Source of the DNA: a virus
Length of the DNA: 64,000 nt
IMG/VR virus record: IMGVR_UViG_3300018080_000112
Location: 1 to 64,000 of that record
Direction: 5' to 3' (one strand)
Both the position numbers and the translations under genes were made by a program. This document shows positions 18,485-28,927 of the stretch, one piece after another (the stretch's first letter is position 1; every line of letters starts with the position of its first letter). Under the pieces are notes generated by a model, which was not told the DNA's origin, ran no database searches, and saw nothing but the letters and a program-made list of their open reading frames with translations.

Positions 18485-18952
18485 CTACCAGTCAGCTTCG
18501 CTCATTCTTCGTGCGATGCTTCGTTTGAGCTTCTGTTTGTTTGTTAACTTCACCGCCGGTTTCGGTGGTTCCGGTGGTGGTTTCGGTGCGGCTTTTTTCT
18601 TTGCCACGGCTTTCTTCTTCTTTACAGCGGGTTTCTTTGGTTTTGGTGTCGCGCTTCCTGGATCTGGAAAGATGAGATCCGTTTGTGCATCGTACCGATA
18701 TTGTTTGTCACCGCTCCGTCCTAATTTCGCACGCACATTCTTTCTTGCATATTCGTAATCTTTTATGACCACAGTTCCGGTAGCACCAATCTTTCCGTAG
18801 CGAACTCGAACCTCTCCTGTTGTACCCGTTCCATAAACTTCCCAGAATTTGTTGTGCTTCCCGTTTTCATTGAGTAGACGAACCTTCCATTCTTCGCCCT
18901 TTGCGGCTAAATGCGCGGCTCCTTTCCATGTAACGTATGGTCTTTCCATCAT
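18485..18952 (-). CDS. WGR-domain protein with a basic tail
   Basis: HNKFWEV...VRVRYGKIGATG. Confidence 0.7.
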   Translation of the reverse strand: MMERPYVTWKGAAHLAAKGEEWKVRLLNENGKHNKFWEVYGTGTTGEVRVRYGKIGATGTVVIKDYEYARKNVRAKLGRSGDKQYRYDAQTDLIFPDPGSATPKPKKPAVKKKKAVAKKKAAPKPPPEPPKPAVKLTNKQKLKRSIARRMSEADW

Positions 18953-19174
18953 TCCGTTCCTTTGTGCTTCCTTTTACTTCCCTTGTGCTTCCTTCTGGTC
19001 AAGATCACTTGACCCGTCAACCCGACTGTTCACTTATAGAGACACATCTTTTTCCAAAGTGACACCACTATTTTTCATTTTGTGTCTGACGTGTGTCGCG
19101 TTGTGACATAGATGAGAAAAAAGTGGAGGGGGACCGAAAGGTTAGGACCTAACTATTCAGTATTCTACTTCTAA

Positions 19175-19834
19175 CTATTCAGAGAAAAGACCATCTTCAG
19201 TTTCGGTTTGCCAGGGAGGAACTTGTTGAATCGCAGCAAGCTGGTCTGTTCGCCTGTTTCTTAACAAGTTGACAAGGGTGCTTCTGGATTGTCGAAAATA
19301 GCGCCAGTATCGACGCATCAGTTCAATTGCTGTGTGGATGGGAATATCAAGTGTACTCTTGATTTGGAGAACCATCGCGCCGTCTCGCTCATCTCTCTCC
19401 AGGTCCACATACCAGTCACACCACCCATAATAGTAGTACGCATGCGCAAAAGCCTGTTTTGCACCTGTAAGAGGTCCGCGAAGCGCCGCCGCCACAAGAG
19501 ACACATGACCTTCGTCATTATCCCAGAGAAGGGTCTCCATCAGCCCTATGTGCAAGTACTCCAGCGCTTCAACGGATGCGTTGCCCTCCAGATACTTCGC
19601 CAGTACACCGAGAGCATACGTTATCATCCCACTTGTCTCTTTGTTCTCCGTGATCCGCTTCTGGAGTACCTGGAAAACGTAGTCATAAGCGAACCGGTGC
19701 AAGATCACATCTGGAACCTCATTCTTTAGGAAACGTTTGACCTTTAGCCGCTGATTGTCATCCATCTCCGGCATGTAGAAATAGGGTTTAACAATCATCC
19801 CCACACCCGCCCTGTGCTTTGAACATTCTGACAA
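19175..19834 (-). CDS. Hypothetical protein
   Basis: ORF track. Confidence 0.6.
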   Translation of the reverse strand: MSECSKHRAGVGMIVKPYFYMPEMDDNQRLKVKRFLKNEVPDVILHRFAYDYVFQVLQKRITENKETSGMITYALGVLAKYLEGNASVEALEYLHIGLMETLLWDNDEGHVSLVAAALRGPLTGAKQAFAHAYYYYGWCDWYVDLERDERDGAMVLQIKSTLDIPIHTAIELMRRYWRYFRQSRSTLVNLLRNRRTDQLAAIQQVPPWQTETEDGLFSE

Positions 19835-20340
19835 ATATCACACATGTTGCAACTCCGGCACTGCGGAGAGAGATCAAAATCACCGATCTTTTTTGGCGGA
19901 TTTGGACACCAGCCGTCACTTATATCCACTATGGGGGGAAACTCTGCACCATCCGCCCGCTTCGGAATCGGAGTCTCTTTCTTGATCACATGTTTGTACT
20001 TGCGGACCCCACGAAATCCTTTCATCTCTGGACCTTCCACAGTATAAAAGGGACCGCTCCGTTGAATATACTCTCCTGGTTGCCAAACCGCGCCCGTAGT
20101 CTCACAAACCCATGACCTCTGGCAATACCAGAGACCTACGATCTTCATCCAGCCGCGAACACGACCATTCCAGACAGTGAAGCATCGGTGACCGCCACAC
20201 ATATCTTTCGGAAAGTACCGGGTTCTGTAGTTGATAAAAGATTTACCGTCAGCCACGGCGATCAATTCAGCTTCGTAATCATCCCACCGCGTTGTTTTGG
20301 GGACCGTCACAATCCAATCTATCATGCTTTGTGGGTCCAT
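19795..20340 (-). CDS. Hypothetical protein
   Basis: Start moved to MDPQSM. Confidence 0.6.
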   Translation of the reverse strand: MDPQSMIDWIVTVPKTTRWDDYEAELIAVADGKSFINYRTRYFPKDMCGGHRCFTVWNGRVRGWMKIVGLWYCQRSWVCETTGAVWQPGEYIQRSGPFYTVEGPEMKGFRGVRKYKHVIKKETPIPKRADGAEFPPIVDISDGWCPNPPKKIGDFDLSPQCRSCNMCDICQNVQSTGRVWG

Positions 20341-20852
20341 TCTTTTTCCCCTTTCAGTCTCTTCATCACAGCATAAGCTGGTTGAAGGTCCTTCTCTGTG
20401 TGGATACTTCCGCCGGTGTTCAGGTCCAAATACCACTGAACCACAGCCAACGGGTCATCCAGGTCATTGACAAAGAACTTGAACCGGTGACGAATCGGGT
20501 TCAACTCATCTTCGAACTCGTAGATCTTTAGACCGAACACCGGGACGTTGCCAGCAAGGAAGGAAAGAACAGCCTCCAGGCGCTGTTTTCCATCCACCAA
20601 CTCCATCGCGGTATGTTCTCCGCGATGCCAGCCGGGAGCATTCCAGAAGAGATCACCTCCGGACATTCCACCCTTCATACGAAACTCCAGGTATGCGATC
20701 TGTTGTTCCAAGGTCCAGACGTACCCGCGCTGATACTCCGGGTCCAATTCAATAGGAACACCAAATCCCTCGAAATGGCGACGTATCGAGGTCCACGCCA
20801 CATCAATGCAATAGTTCGCCTGTGACATTCTGGGAATATCTTCAAATCTCAT
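20322..20852 (-). CDS. DUF262 (ParB-like/GmrS N-terminal) protein
   Basis: PEYQRGYVW, LVDGKQRL, LNTGG. Confidence 0.85.
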   Translation of the reverse strand: MRFEDIPRMSQANYCIDVAWTSIRRHFEGFGVPIELDPEYQRGYVWTLEQQIAYLEFRMKGGMSGGDLFWNAPGWHRGEHTAMELVDGKQRLEAVLSFLAGNVPVFGLKIYEFEDELNPIRHRFKFFVNDLDDPLAVVQWYLDLNTGGSIHTEKDLQPAYAVMKRLKGEKEWTHKA

Positions 20853-20861
20853 CTATCCCTC

Positions 20862-21281
20862 TCAATGAAACAACGAAGCGCTGACAGAACTCAGGTTCTT
20901 CTTCATCGCCTCGATTGCTTCCTCTTTTGTGGCTCCTTCTCCGCTGGCGAAGTTGTCACGGAAGTTCTCGTGGAACGGGTTGCAGTCGCATGCCTCAAAT
21001 TCTTCCTCTGTCATCATTGTCGAGCCAAACAACGCAAATCCGATACGAGCCTCAAAGACACCGTCTTTCTCTTGAACATGGACCTCTGTGGTGCCATCAA
21101 CGCCAACATCCTGACACATGAAGATCGAGATCTTGTCATCTTGCGCCGGTTCTTCTTCTGGCGTCACCTCTGCAGGTTTCTCTTCTGGTTCTTTTACGGG
21201 TCTTTCCGCTTTCGGTATCAAATCCCAACCTTTGATGCGGTTCATCTGTAACTCTCTTCCTTCTATTCTTGTTTCTTCCAA
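20862..21281 (-). CDS. Hypothetical protein
   Basis: ORF track. Confidence 0.6.
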   Translation of the reverse strand: MEETRIEGRELQMNRIKGWDLIPKAERPVKEPEEKPAEVTPEEEPAQDDKISIFMCQDVGVDGTTEVHVQEKDGVFEARIGFALFGSTMMTEEEFEACDCNPFHENFRDNFASGEGATKEEAIEAMKKNLSSVSASLFH

Positions 21282-21577
21282 CCCTCTAAAGAGGTCAAAT
21301 TGTTATACAACGCTGGCATAGGGAGTCCATCTGTATCCTCCGTTCCAGACCACCGGGTCTCTGGCATCATCAAAATTGGACCTTCCCACAACTCCACACG
21401 ACCACTGTTCTCCGGAAGAACAAGCGGACCTTGTTCGCTGAACACCACGCCGCTCATCAAAATCTTGTGTGATGGTCCTGGTGCTAGTCCCTTTGGCATC
21501 ACCACCATACGACCGCGAACTAAATGCCGGTTTGGTCTCTCATGTATCAGCGCCAGTAACTTCTCAGTGTCAGTCAC
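21263..21577 (-). CDS. Hypothetical protein
   Basis: GGAGG RBS. Confidence 0.5.
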   Translation of the reverse strand: MTDTEKLLALIHERPNRHLVRGRMVVMPKGLAPGPSHKILMSGVVFSEQGPLVLPENSGRVELWEGPILMMPETRWSGTEDTDGLPMPALYNNLTSLEGWKKQE

Positions 21578-22226
21578 TGGACACCTCCATCTTCTTCCAT
21601 TCCCATTGTTCTTTTGATTGTTTCCATTCCCACGTCACTGTACCGTCCTCGTGGCGGGTGAACTCACAGACGTATGTTGGCGGAATCTCACCTTCTGGTG
21701 TCACATCGAAGTGTGGTGATATTGCGTGATACTCGAACACGCGGCGCATCCACATCATCTCGCACCGGACCACGAGAACACCTTCCATTGACCGAATCAC
21801 ATCTTTCGGATTGTCCATCAAGAAAGCTTGAGAGATCTCAAACTTCCCAATGCGCCGGTGTATATCCTTGTACCGGTCCTCTGGCTTTTCTTGTGGCTCT
21901 TCCCCTTCCACAACAAGCTCAAGTTTCTCTGGAGGAACCAGACAAGTACAACCCTTTTGCATTGGATGCGCCTCTACAGGAACAATCGTGTGATGCACCT
22001 CGCACTTGTGCCACCAATGACCATTTTTGCACTTGGCGTTCCGCTTCATACACTTGGCGATAATCTCCGGCGGCTCGCCACATTCCGGACACAAATAGTC
22101 CTTGTACCTCTCTTTGCGAACCTCTGGATCTTTTCTATCTTTCTTTGCTTCGATCATAACCTTTCCCCTTTCCCAAATATCCGAGTTTCCCGTACTTTGT
22201 GAGCTTCGAACTGTTATTGACAGCAC
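21570..22226 (-). CDS. Hypothetical Cys/His-rich protein
   Basis: CPECG and CKNGHWW; start is likely internal (MIEAKK). Confidence 0.6.
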   Translation of the reverse strand: MLSITVRSSQSTGNSDIWERGKVMIEAKKDRKDPEVRKERYKDYLCPECGEPPEIIAKCMKRNAKCKNGHWWHKCEVHHTIVPVEAHPMQKGCTCLVPPEKLELVVEGEEPQEKPEDRYKDIHRRIGKFEISQAFLMDNPKDVIRSMEGVLVVRCEMMWMRRVFEYHAISPHFDVTPEGEIPPTYVCEFTRHEDGTVTWEWKQSKEQWEWKKMEVSSD

Positions 22227-22421
22227 ACTCCCACAATCCCATCAAAAATATCAGCACAAAATAAACCACCATAATCAACGCAAAAAGTTGTCCTGTCGAA
22301 AACTTTTTATCTGCATAAGACACATCACAGCGGATGAATAACACAAGCCACATCACAAAGGCGAACATCAGCGAGCTTACCAGCGACTGAATCAACACAT
22401 CTTTGATGGTCTTGATTGGTT

Positions 22422-22712
22422 TCATGATGAGCTTTCCTTCTTTTTGACTCCGCTTGTGAGAAGGTCGGCGATCATTCCAGCCGCATGTCGGGTTGATTCC
22501 GTGTAAGGATTGTCACCCCAATCCAGACTACGGTCATTCTTCGGTCCTTCTGGATTCTCGCGGTCATCATAACCACACTCACGACACACATGCGCTTCGT
22601 TCGCCATCTGTTTCAACTGTGCTTCTGATTTGCCGAGACCGGTCTTGTAACCGACGTATGAATAACTGCGCCCACACTCCGGGTTCGCACATCTGAAAAT
22701 ATATTGCTCCAT
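22422..22712 (-). CDS. Hypothetical zinc-ribbon protein
   Basis: CANPECG and CRECG. Confidence 0.6.
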   Translation of the reverse strand: MEQYIFRCANPECGRSYSYVGYKTGLGKSEAQLKQMANEAHVCRECGYDDRENPEGPKNDRSLDWGDNPYTESTRHAAGMIADLLTSGVKKKESSS

Positions 22713-22724
22713 TTTGTTCCTCTT

Positions 22725-22767
22725 TCAGGCTGTTGACTACATAGATACGCGCTTCAAGGCTGTTGAC
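22725..22767 (-). repeat. Short-repeat mini-array F (2 repeats)
   Basis: Repeat ends 22737 and 22767. Confidence 0.7.
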
Positions 22768-22784
22768 TTAACGTGATCTTAACT

Positions 22785-23111
22785 TCAAGCTGACGGTCGC
22801 TTCTTTGTCACATCCTGCACAACAGCGGAGAGCGCCGCCGTGCTGTTGCTGACCAGAAAAGAGATCCGGTCTGGACTCTCCGGGTCAACAACAACGAGCA
22901 AGGACCCCACATCGGTCTCAACCTTGTTGACCTCTGAGTGTTCCGGACCAACACGGGTGAACTTTTGTCCGGTGTGCTCCTCTGCATACTCCATAATCTC
23001 GCTGTGAAGCTTCAGATAGACCTCGTAACCCAGAAGAGCGATTGTTGGTTCTTCTCCGACCTTTTCAAAGAAGCTCTTCGCCGCCGTATTTATCTCTGTT
23101 CTCGTACTCAT
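22785..23111 (-). CDS. Hypothetical protein (paralog of 30500-31162)
   Basis: Shares LLGYExYLxL and VxDP..R.xFLV. Confidence 0.6.
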   Translation of the reverse strand: MSTRTEINTAAKSFFEKVGEEPTIALLGYEVYLKLHSEIMEYAEEHTGQKFTRVGPEHSEVNKVETDVGSLLVVVDPESPDRISFLVSNSTAALSAVVQDVTKKRPSA

Positions 23112-23124
23112 CTCCAGCCCTCTT

Positions 23125-23991
23125 TTATAATTGCATACCTTCGTATCGTTTCCGACCGTCAGCCGTAAGGTGATATTGTTTCTGGTTCTTGTCTTTTCGG
23201 AGCAACCCCTTGTCACAAAGAAGGTCAGCGGTGCTTTTCTCATGAAGAGCCAATGGTTTCTGACCCTTCTTTCCGCGAGCTAAGCCGCTGTCCGTCGTGT
23301 TGCCTCTTGCAATCCGGGTGAAGATGCGCCGCTGTCTTTCCGTCAGTGGATAGCGCTGGCTGATTGGGCGTTTGTCCTCTGGCTTTTCCTTTGCGCTCTC
23401 TTTGGTTGCGCTTGCCAGACCGGTGTTGCGGATCTGTTGGTATGCCTTTTCCACATCCCCATCATTGTTCGTCAACGCCTTGCTGCAAGCCAGCATGCTC
23501 GCGCCGGTTCGATCCCGCAATTCTTTGACCTTTTTAGATGGTCCGACTCTGGGCTTGCCAGCCGGTTTGGGGGTCGCTTTCTTTTCAGGACCGCCAGCCG
23601 TATCATCATCCGTAAGAGTCCCCTGGTTCACCTTTTCGCCTTTCGAGGACTCCTGGCTTGCGCCTGCACCCTTGTGTGTCTTCTCTGGCGTCTCTGGTGC
23701 GTTGTCGTCTGCATCCTGCACTCCGTCCACCACACCCTGTCTCTTTTGCTCCATGATGTTGATCGCATTCTTCACATGAACCACACAACGATGACAAAGG
23801 ACCACCTCGGTCAACTTCGGCTCGTTCAGGTCCCACTTGAGGTAAATAGCACCTTGTAGATACAGGTCTTCTCCAAGTTCTTCTGTAATCTTTACAGACT
23901 CCAGAAGATCGTTCCAGCTAAGCTGAACAGACTGGATTGTTTCGTTACAGCGAGCACAGTTCAATGACAGTGTGTACATCTTTTCGGTCAT
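23125..23991 (-). CDS. Protein with an EF-Ts N-terminal (UBA-like) domain and a probable C-terminal winged helix
   Basis: KVKELRDRTGASMLACSKALTNNDGDVEKAYQQIR matches the EF-Ts N-terminal consensus. Confidence 0.7.
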   Translation of the reverse strand: MTEKMYTLSLNCARCNETIQSVQLSWNDLLESVKITEELGEDLYLQGAIYLKWDLNEPKLTEVVLCHRCVVHVKNAINIMEQKRQGVVDGVQDADDNAPETPEKTHKGAGASQESSKGEKVNQGTLTDDDTAGGPEKKATPKPAGKPRVGPSKKVKELRDRTGASMLACSKALTNNDGDVEKAYQQIRNTGLASATKESAKEKPEDKRPISQRYPLTERQRRIFTRIARGNTTDSGLARGKKGQKPLALHEKSTADLLCDKGLLRKDKNQKQYHLTADGRKRYEGMQL

Positions 23992-24038
23992 GGTTTTCTC
24001 TCCCTACGGTCTCTTGACCTTCTCTTTGTTTGTTGCCT

Positions 24039-24260
24039 TCAGCTATCAGGGTCACCCGGAAATACACGCTCCCGATCTTCCAGCGGGATATTCAACGCCG
24101 CCAGAATCTGGCGTTTGGTCTTTGGTCGTGACGCCTCTCCATTTTCAATTCTTGTAATTGTCAGCACCGAAACACCCGCCTCTCTTGCAAGCTCAGCTTT
24201 CCCCAACAATCGTTCTTCTCGTACCTTCCTCAACTGGTTCTTTTCTTTCATCCTGATCAC
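24039..24260 (-). CDS. XRE-family HTH regulator
   Basis: LRKVREERLLGKAELAREAGVSVLTITRIENG. Confidence 0.85.
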   Translation of the reverse strand: MIRMKEKNQLRKVREERLLGKAELAREAGVSVLTITRIENGEASRPKTKRQILAALNIPLEDRERVFPGDPDS

Positions 24261-24382
24261 CTCCTAATACAACAGGCATACCAACAGAGACACATCTTTG
24301 TCTAAAAATGCACCACTTTTAGTGTAAATTTCGTGAAATAAGTGGAAATATCTACAAAGGAGGGGGAATAGTTAGGACCTAA

Positions 24383-25390
24383 CTATTTGACTTCATAACG
24401 ATCTCGTACCGCTTCCGCCACGGTATCACCACGCTCGAACGGCTTGACCCAATACAGCACCAGCTTGCGGTCATCACCCGTCCCTACCCAATAATGGTGA
24501 TCGTGACCACGGACCCAATGACGGCGCACCTTGATCCCCGTGGGGTCACCCGGCGAATAATTAAGCTTCACAGACGGCGCAACAACCGTGATGACAGCTT
24601 TGTTTGAGAGAAGATTCAAGCGCTTCTGAAGCTTGCTCCGCTTCCGGTCCTTCATCTTCTTGTTCTTGAGCCGAACCTTGATCTCCTTGATCTCTTCGCT
24701 GTTGTCATGCTTGACAGTTTCCGCATTTGTTGCATTGAGATAGAACAACAAGTTCAACACAATCCGCAACACAGCTTGAACACTATCTGGCTTGTTGAAA
24801 TCAGGAGAGAAATCTTTCAGGTACTCTTCCAGATCGTCTCTGTGATGGCTCAGCATAAAGTTGAAGTTACCGAAACCAGGAGAACCATCCAGCTTCTTTG
24901 TGATGATATGGAACATCACTCGCGGCTTGTCACCAGGTACGTCACGGCTGTTTTCTCGTATCACCTGGAAGTCACTCACATAAGCGCCGATAATACGGTC
25001 AGAGTCTAGTTCATCAGGACCCGCATGCAACAATAGATTCATGGACTCCGGGATCTGTACGTAAAATCCGGGATAGGGGAAGTTGATCGAGTCAATTGGC
25101 AACTTCGGAAGTTTGGTCATGTTCAACATCCAGGCGATATCGTGGCTTAGATGGAACACTTGTTGACCGTACTGTTGGAACTCATAAACGGAGTGACAAG
25201 CCATCACAAGGATACGCTGGAATTCAATACGAGAATCAAACATGTTGATCCAACTTTCGAGATTCCGGTCTGCAATAGCTTGCAAATAGGATGTGTAAAC
25301 AACGCCTGTAAGCGGGTCTTTTATAAATGTTTCATGGTGTACGTTTTGAGATATAGCCTGAATGTTCATAACAATCTCCCCTGATTGCAA
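24383..25390 (-). CDS. Hypothetical phage protein
   Basis: 335 aa; C-terminal RRHWVRGH motif. Confidence 0.7.
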   Translation of the reverse strand: MQSGEIVMNIQAISQNVHHETFIKDPLTGVVYTSYLQAIADRNLESWINMFDSRIEFQRILVMACHSVYEFQQYGQQVFHLSHDIAWMLNMTKLPKLPIDSINFPYPGFYVQIPESMNLLLHAGPDELDSDRIIGAYVSDFQVIRENSRDVPGDKPRVMFHIITKKLDGSPGFGNFNFMLSHHRDDLEEYLKDFSPDFNKPDSVQAVLRIVLNLLFYLNATNAETVKHDNSEEIKEIKVRLKNKKMKDRKRSKLQKRLNLLSNKAVITVVAPSVKLNYSPGDPTGIKVRRHWVRGHDHHYWVGTGDDRKLVLYWVKPFERGDTVAEAVRDRYEVK

Positions 25391-25456
25391 TAAATATTGT
25401 TTTTGAATCTCTTAACTACCAAGACGCATTGACTCGCGCAGATCTGACAAACTTTC

Positions 25457-26071
25457 TCAGGTTCCTACAATCTTGACACTGTAGGTTGTGTGCATTCCGT
25501 GACCTTTGCGACTCACGAGCATATCAAGACCGCTCTTCTTCTCTTTCTTGCACTTAACGAAGAAGTGAAACACCTTTGTCCACCAAGGACCATACTTACG
25601 AACCCGGAGAAAGAAGCGGTCAAGCTCACCATCTATCGCCTGTATTAGCGCCTGTCCTGTGACAAAGATATTGTCCTCTTCCTCGTACTTGTAGAAGCGC
25701 TCTCCTTCCGCGTCTGTGACGTATTGCGCTCGCTGCACATGGCAAACAAAGCGAGGATAGACCCGGAGACCATCAGCGCACATAGGACAAAGAGACGAGC
25801 CGATACACAAACACGCCTTGCCATCATAGAAATGTATGGGGACGAACTCAAACATATCATCTAAGCTCGTACACAGAAACCGAAACGGCGCTTCTGTGTT
25901 CGGCTTGACCATCACGAACTCTTTTCCTGGAAACAATTGACCAATCGTCTTCATCTCCAAACCACGGTACGTCAAGCTGGGGCGAGCCACCGGCTCTTTC
26001 CGCTCACCTGAGAAATCACTTTTCATTTTCTTGAACGCCATCTGTCTGTTCTCCCTGTAGTGAAAAGGCAC
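25457..26071 (-). CDS. Hypothetical protein (possible Zn-binding ssDNA-binding protein)
   Basis: H..C.C....CPMC and C-terminal RKGHGMHTTYSV loosely recall gp32-like SSBs; weak. Confidence 0.45.
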   Translation of the reverse strand: MPFHYRENRQMAFKKMKSDFSGERKEPVARPSLTYRGLEMKTIGQLFPGKEFVMVKPNTEAPFRFLCTSLDDMFEFVPIHFYDGKACLCIGSSLCPMCADGLRVYPRFVCHVQRAQYVTDAEGERFYKYEEEDNIFVTGQALIQAIDGELDRFFLRVRKYGPWWTKVFHFFVKCKKEKKSGLDMLVSRKGHGMHTTYSVKIVGT

Positions 26072-26098
26072 AAGGCAAGCCCCCCGCTTGCCGTCCTA

Positions 26099-26767
26099 TT
26101 ATTTCTTTGTTCGTTCCTTCAAGCCCTTATAACGCTTTTGTCCTTCGTCTGTCAGCACCACGCATTCGCTATGTTTGACGTACCGACACAAGCCCACATC
26201 GATCAAGTAGCTCACAATCTTGCTGTGTAGCTGTAGCCGCTCAACAGACATCCGGATCGGCTCATAGTCACCGACACAAGCCAGAATCTCGCGTTGTAGG
26301 GGTGTGAGAGGGTACTTGGAAGCATGCGCCGGGTTGCCCTTGGTGCGAACGACCCGGTCGCCGTGATCCGGCGCGTATTCAATCACAAAGACCTCATCCA
26401 GCCCAAGGTTCTTTGCAAACTGCGCCATGTAGTGCTTCTGACAGTCCACACAGTAACACTTCATGCTGGCGGGTCCGTTGCTGGAGTTGTGATAGACACC
26501 CTTGTTCTCCGCCTCGTTGAAGATGTGAAGGCGCTGTTCTTTGGTCATTTCCTTTTGATCTCGCTCATAGCGGACGGTTGCAACCACTTCGCCGCAGTTG
26601 TGGCAAACGAGACCAATGATCGGCTCTTTGTGATGCTTGACCCAGTCGCCAGAGCCAAGTTCGAGACCATCAATTTTGATGGGTGCGCTGTCTGGATCGT
26701 GGCGGTCTATGTTTTGATAAGTCATGATTTTGACTCCTTCGTGGAGGTTAAAAAGGTCAACTTGCAC
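26099..26767 (-). CDS. Hypothetical protein sharing N-terminal CxxC and C-terminal domain with 23125-23991
   Basis: YPLT..QR.I ... L.D.GL ... LT..G.KRY.G. Confidence 0.6.
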   Translation of the reverse strand: MQVDLFNLHEGVKIMTYQNIDRHDPDSAPIKIDGLELGSGDWVKHHKEPIIGLVCHNCGEVVATVRYERDQKEMTKEQRLHIFNEAENKGVYHNSSNGPASMKCYCVDCQKHYMAQFAKNLGLDEVFVIEYAPDHGDRVVRTKGNPAHASKYPLTPLQREILACVGDYEPIRMSVERLQLHSKIVSYLIDVGLCRYVKHSECVVLTDEGQKRYKGLKERTKK

Positions 26768-27207
26768 AGAACGAGGGCAAGACTTTCTTCTGACTCGTGT
26801 TAGGACCTAACTCACTTCCCATTCAGCTTGTACAGCGCACCGGCGGACCCGCCGAACAACAGGACACCCGCCACATTGAAACCATCAAACAAACGGCTCT
26901 CCGGGCTGTGACACAGCAACAAGAACCCCACAGCGAGACAACAAAACAACACAACATCAATCTTCTTCATCACACATACCTCTTTTTTTGCGCTTCCAGT
27001 TCCAATTGATCTGAACCTCATCGATGAACCCCAGAACAACCACGAACGCAATCAAGCGAAACAAATCCAACTTTCCATCCACCACACAAAACACCCACAC
27101 AAGCCCAACAAGACCCGCAACGGCTAACAGATACCCGAACACACTTTCAAACCTCATTACGTCACCTCTACCCAACAGAGACACACCTCAGAAGCAAATG
27201 ACACCGC

Positions 27208-27465
27208 TTAATAACAAACTTCTTTGACGTGGTCACACATGATTTTGTGTGCTCGTTCTTCGTAGCGGTTGTTGAAATTGTCGAAATCGTACATGAGACC
27301 ATCCCAATCACGCCTTTCGACCGCTGGACAAACCTGTTGAACCCGCGCCAGAATCTCATGGTAATTCATCCCCATTTTGGTCTGACAATAGGTTGCGATA
27401 TATCCAGCAACTTTGTGATCCTCTTGTTCCACCGCGATCTTGATCATCTTCTCAAACTGCGTCAT
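27208..27465 (-). CDS. Hypothetical protein
   Basis: AAGGAG RBS. Confidence 0.55.
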   Translation of the reverse strand: MTQFEKMIKIAVEQEDHKVAGYIATYCQTKMGMNYHEILARVQQVCPAVERRDWDGLMYDFDNFNNRYEERAHKIMCDHVKEVCY

Positions 27466-27732
27466 GTTCCTGGCTCCTTCTATGGGTTGACCATGTCTTC
27501 CAGTTCAGATTTGCGGAAACTCATCAAGGTCGCCGCAGAATAACCAAGGGAGAACTGATTGACGATCCGTTCCGCCAATGCTTTCTTGCTCCCGTCATCC
27601 TGAATATTCTCCAATATAACTTCCAGATACGCCTTCTTTTCCCGCTGGAGGTCGTTCACACTCAGGAATGCCGCCGTGCGCTTGTCCTGTAAAATCAATG
27701 TGATTAATTGCATCCGGGTCATGATCGGCTCC

Positions 27733-28071
27733 TTACGAGATTCGTGTGAAGTTCTCGAAACTCTCGACAAAAACGCCGTGGTATTGGCGAGTCAAGCCCT
27801 TCTCCATCTCACCATCGTAGACCTCGAAACGGAGGTCATAGAGGTCCAGCCCCTCATCCAGACCGAGAACAACCTGGATCATCGCGTTGAAGCTCTCGCC
27901 GCGAGCTTTGCGAGCGACGTAGCGAAGAAGCAACTCGCCTTCTTCGTTGTGAAGGGTGCGTTTGGGGTCGAACTTGAACTTGCGGTCTCGGTCATTGACG
28001 GGCGCGGTTATGGTTTTGGGAGCGATGCCACCCCATTGTTTCCGTGCGATTTGAAGTTGTATCTGGTCCAT
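27733..28071 (-). CDS. Hypothetical protein
   Basis: AAGGAG RBS; follows a class B promoter motif. Confidence 0.6.
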   Translation of the reverse strand: MDQIQLQIARKQWGGIAPKTITAPVNDRDRKFKFDPKRTLHNEEGELLLRYVARKARGESFNAMIQVVLGLDEGLDLYDLRFEVYDGEMEKGLTRQYHGVFVESFENFTRIS

Positions 28072-28140
28072 GTTCCTTGCTCCTTCTGGATGTTAAAAAA
28101 TCGACTGTCTTATATTTATGAGGGCAAGACTTTTTTCTGA

Positions 28141-28494
28141 CTATCTCAGCTTGACAGCTTGCAGCGCTTTGATCCGCATTTTGTACATCACAATCAACCG
28201 TTGCTTCTGGAGTCGCACATTGGCGAAGAGCTTCTTTGCGCTCTCTGCAAGCTCTTTGAAATCTTCCTTGGACATCTGCGCCTTGAACTGGTCTCGGTTG
28301 GCTCGCCAGCCAGCCGGAGAGAGATACAGGAACCCCATATCGCGACCGATCACCGGCTCATCTTTCGAAGAGATCTCCATGAACCACTCATCAGGAAGCT
28401 CAACCATCTTGTGTGTCGTGTGTTTGGTCTGCGTTGGAACCTGCAGACTCTTGAACGTCACCACATTGTTTTCCCAACCCTTCAGTATCTTCAT
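28141..28494 (-). CDS. Hypothetical protein
   Basis: AAGGAG RBS. Confidence 0.6.
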   Translation of the reverse strand: MKILKGWENNVVTFKSLQVPTQTKHTTHKMVELPDEWFMEISSKDEPVIGRDMGFLYLSPAGWRANRDQFKAQMSKEDFKELAESAKKLFANVRLQKQRLIVMYKMRIKALQAVKLR

Positions 28495-28506
28495 TGGTCT
28501 GGCTCC

Positions 28507-28833
28507 TTACTCTTCCGGGGGGAAAAGTTGTTTTTTGTACTGTTTGAGTTCCGCATAGGTGAAACCATCCGCTGATGAAACCAACGCTTCCCATGCTTCT
28601 TTTTCCACTGGCGGGTCACAGAATTCCGCGCCTTGCTGGACACGCTTCCAGACGCTTTCTGGACGGAGAACACCTTTGGCGACCAATCGACCGCTTTTGG
28701 TGTAGAAGTGCCAGAACCACGCCGCGAGCTTTGAATCCTTCGTTTTCCAGGCTCGTTCAATCACAGCATCCACAGGTGTCCGGATATCAGAATGTCTCAT
28801 GACGTGGCTCCTTCCGTCCTTTGGTTGTCTCAA
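28507..28833 (-). CDS. Hypothetical protein
   Basis: ORF track. Confidence 0.55.
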   Translation of the reverse strand: MRQPKDGRSHVMRHSDIRTPVDAVIERAWKTKDSKLAAWFWHFYTKSGRLVAKGVLRPESVWKRVQQGAEFCDPPVEKEAWEALVSSADGFTYAELKQYKKQLFPPEE

Positions 28834-28840
28834 CTGAAAA

Positions 28841-28917
28841 AGGAAACCGGGGATTTGAACCCCGCGAACCCGCCGCCGAAGCGGTGTTATTTCCTAGCCC
28901 CCCTTGAAACATCCCCC
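28841..28917 (-). ncRNA. tRNA-like element with a UUCG tetraloop at the anticodon position
   Basis: T arm CGGGG-TTCAAAT-CCCCG; hairpin CCGC-TTCG-GCGG; weak acceptor stem. Confidence 0.4.
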
Positions 28918-28927
28918 CGAACCCGAA

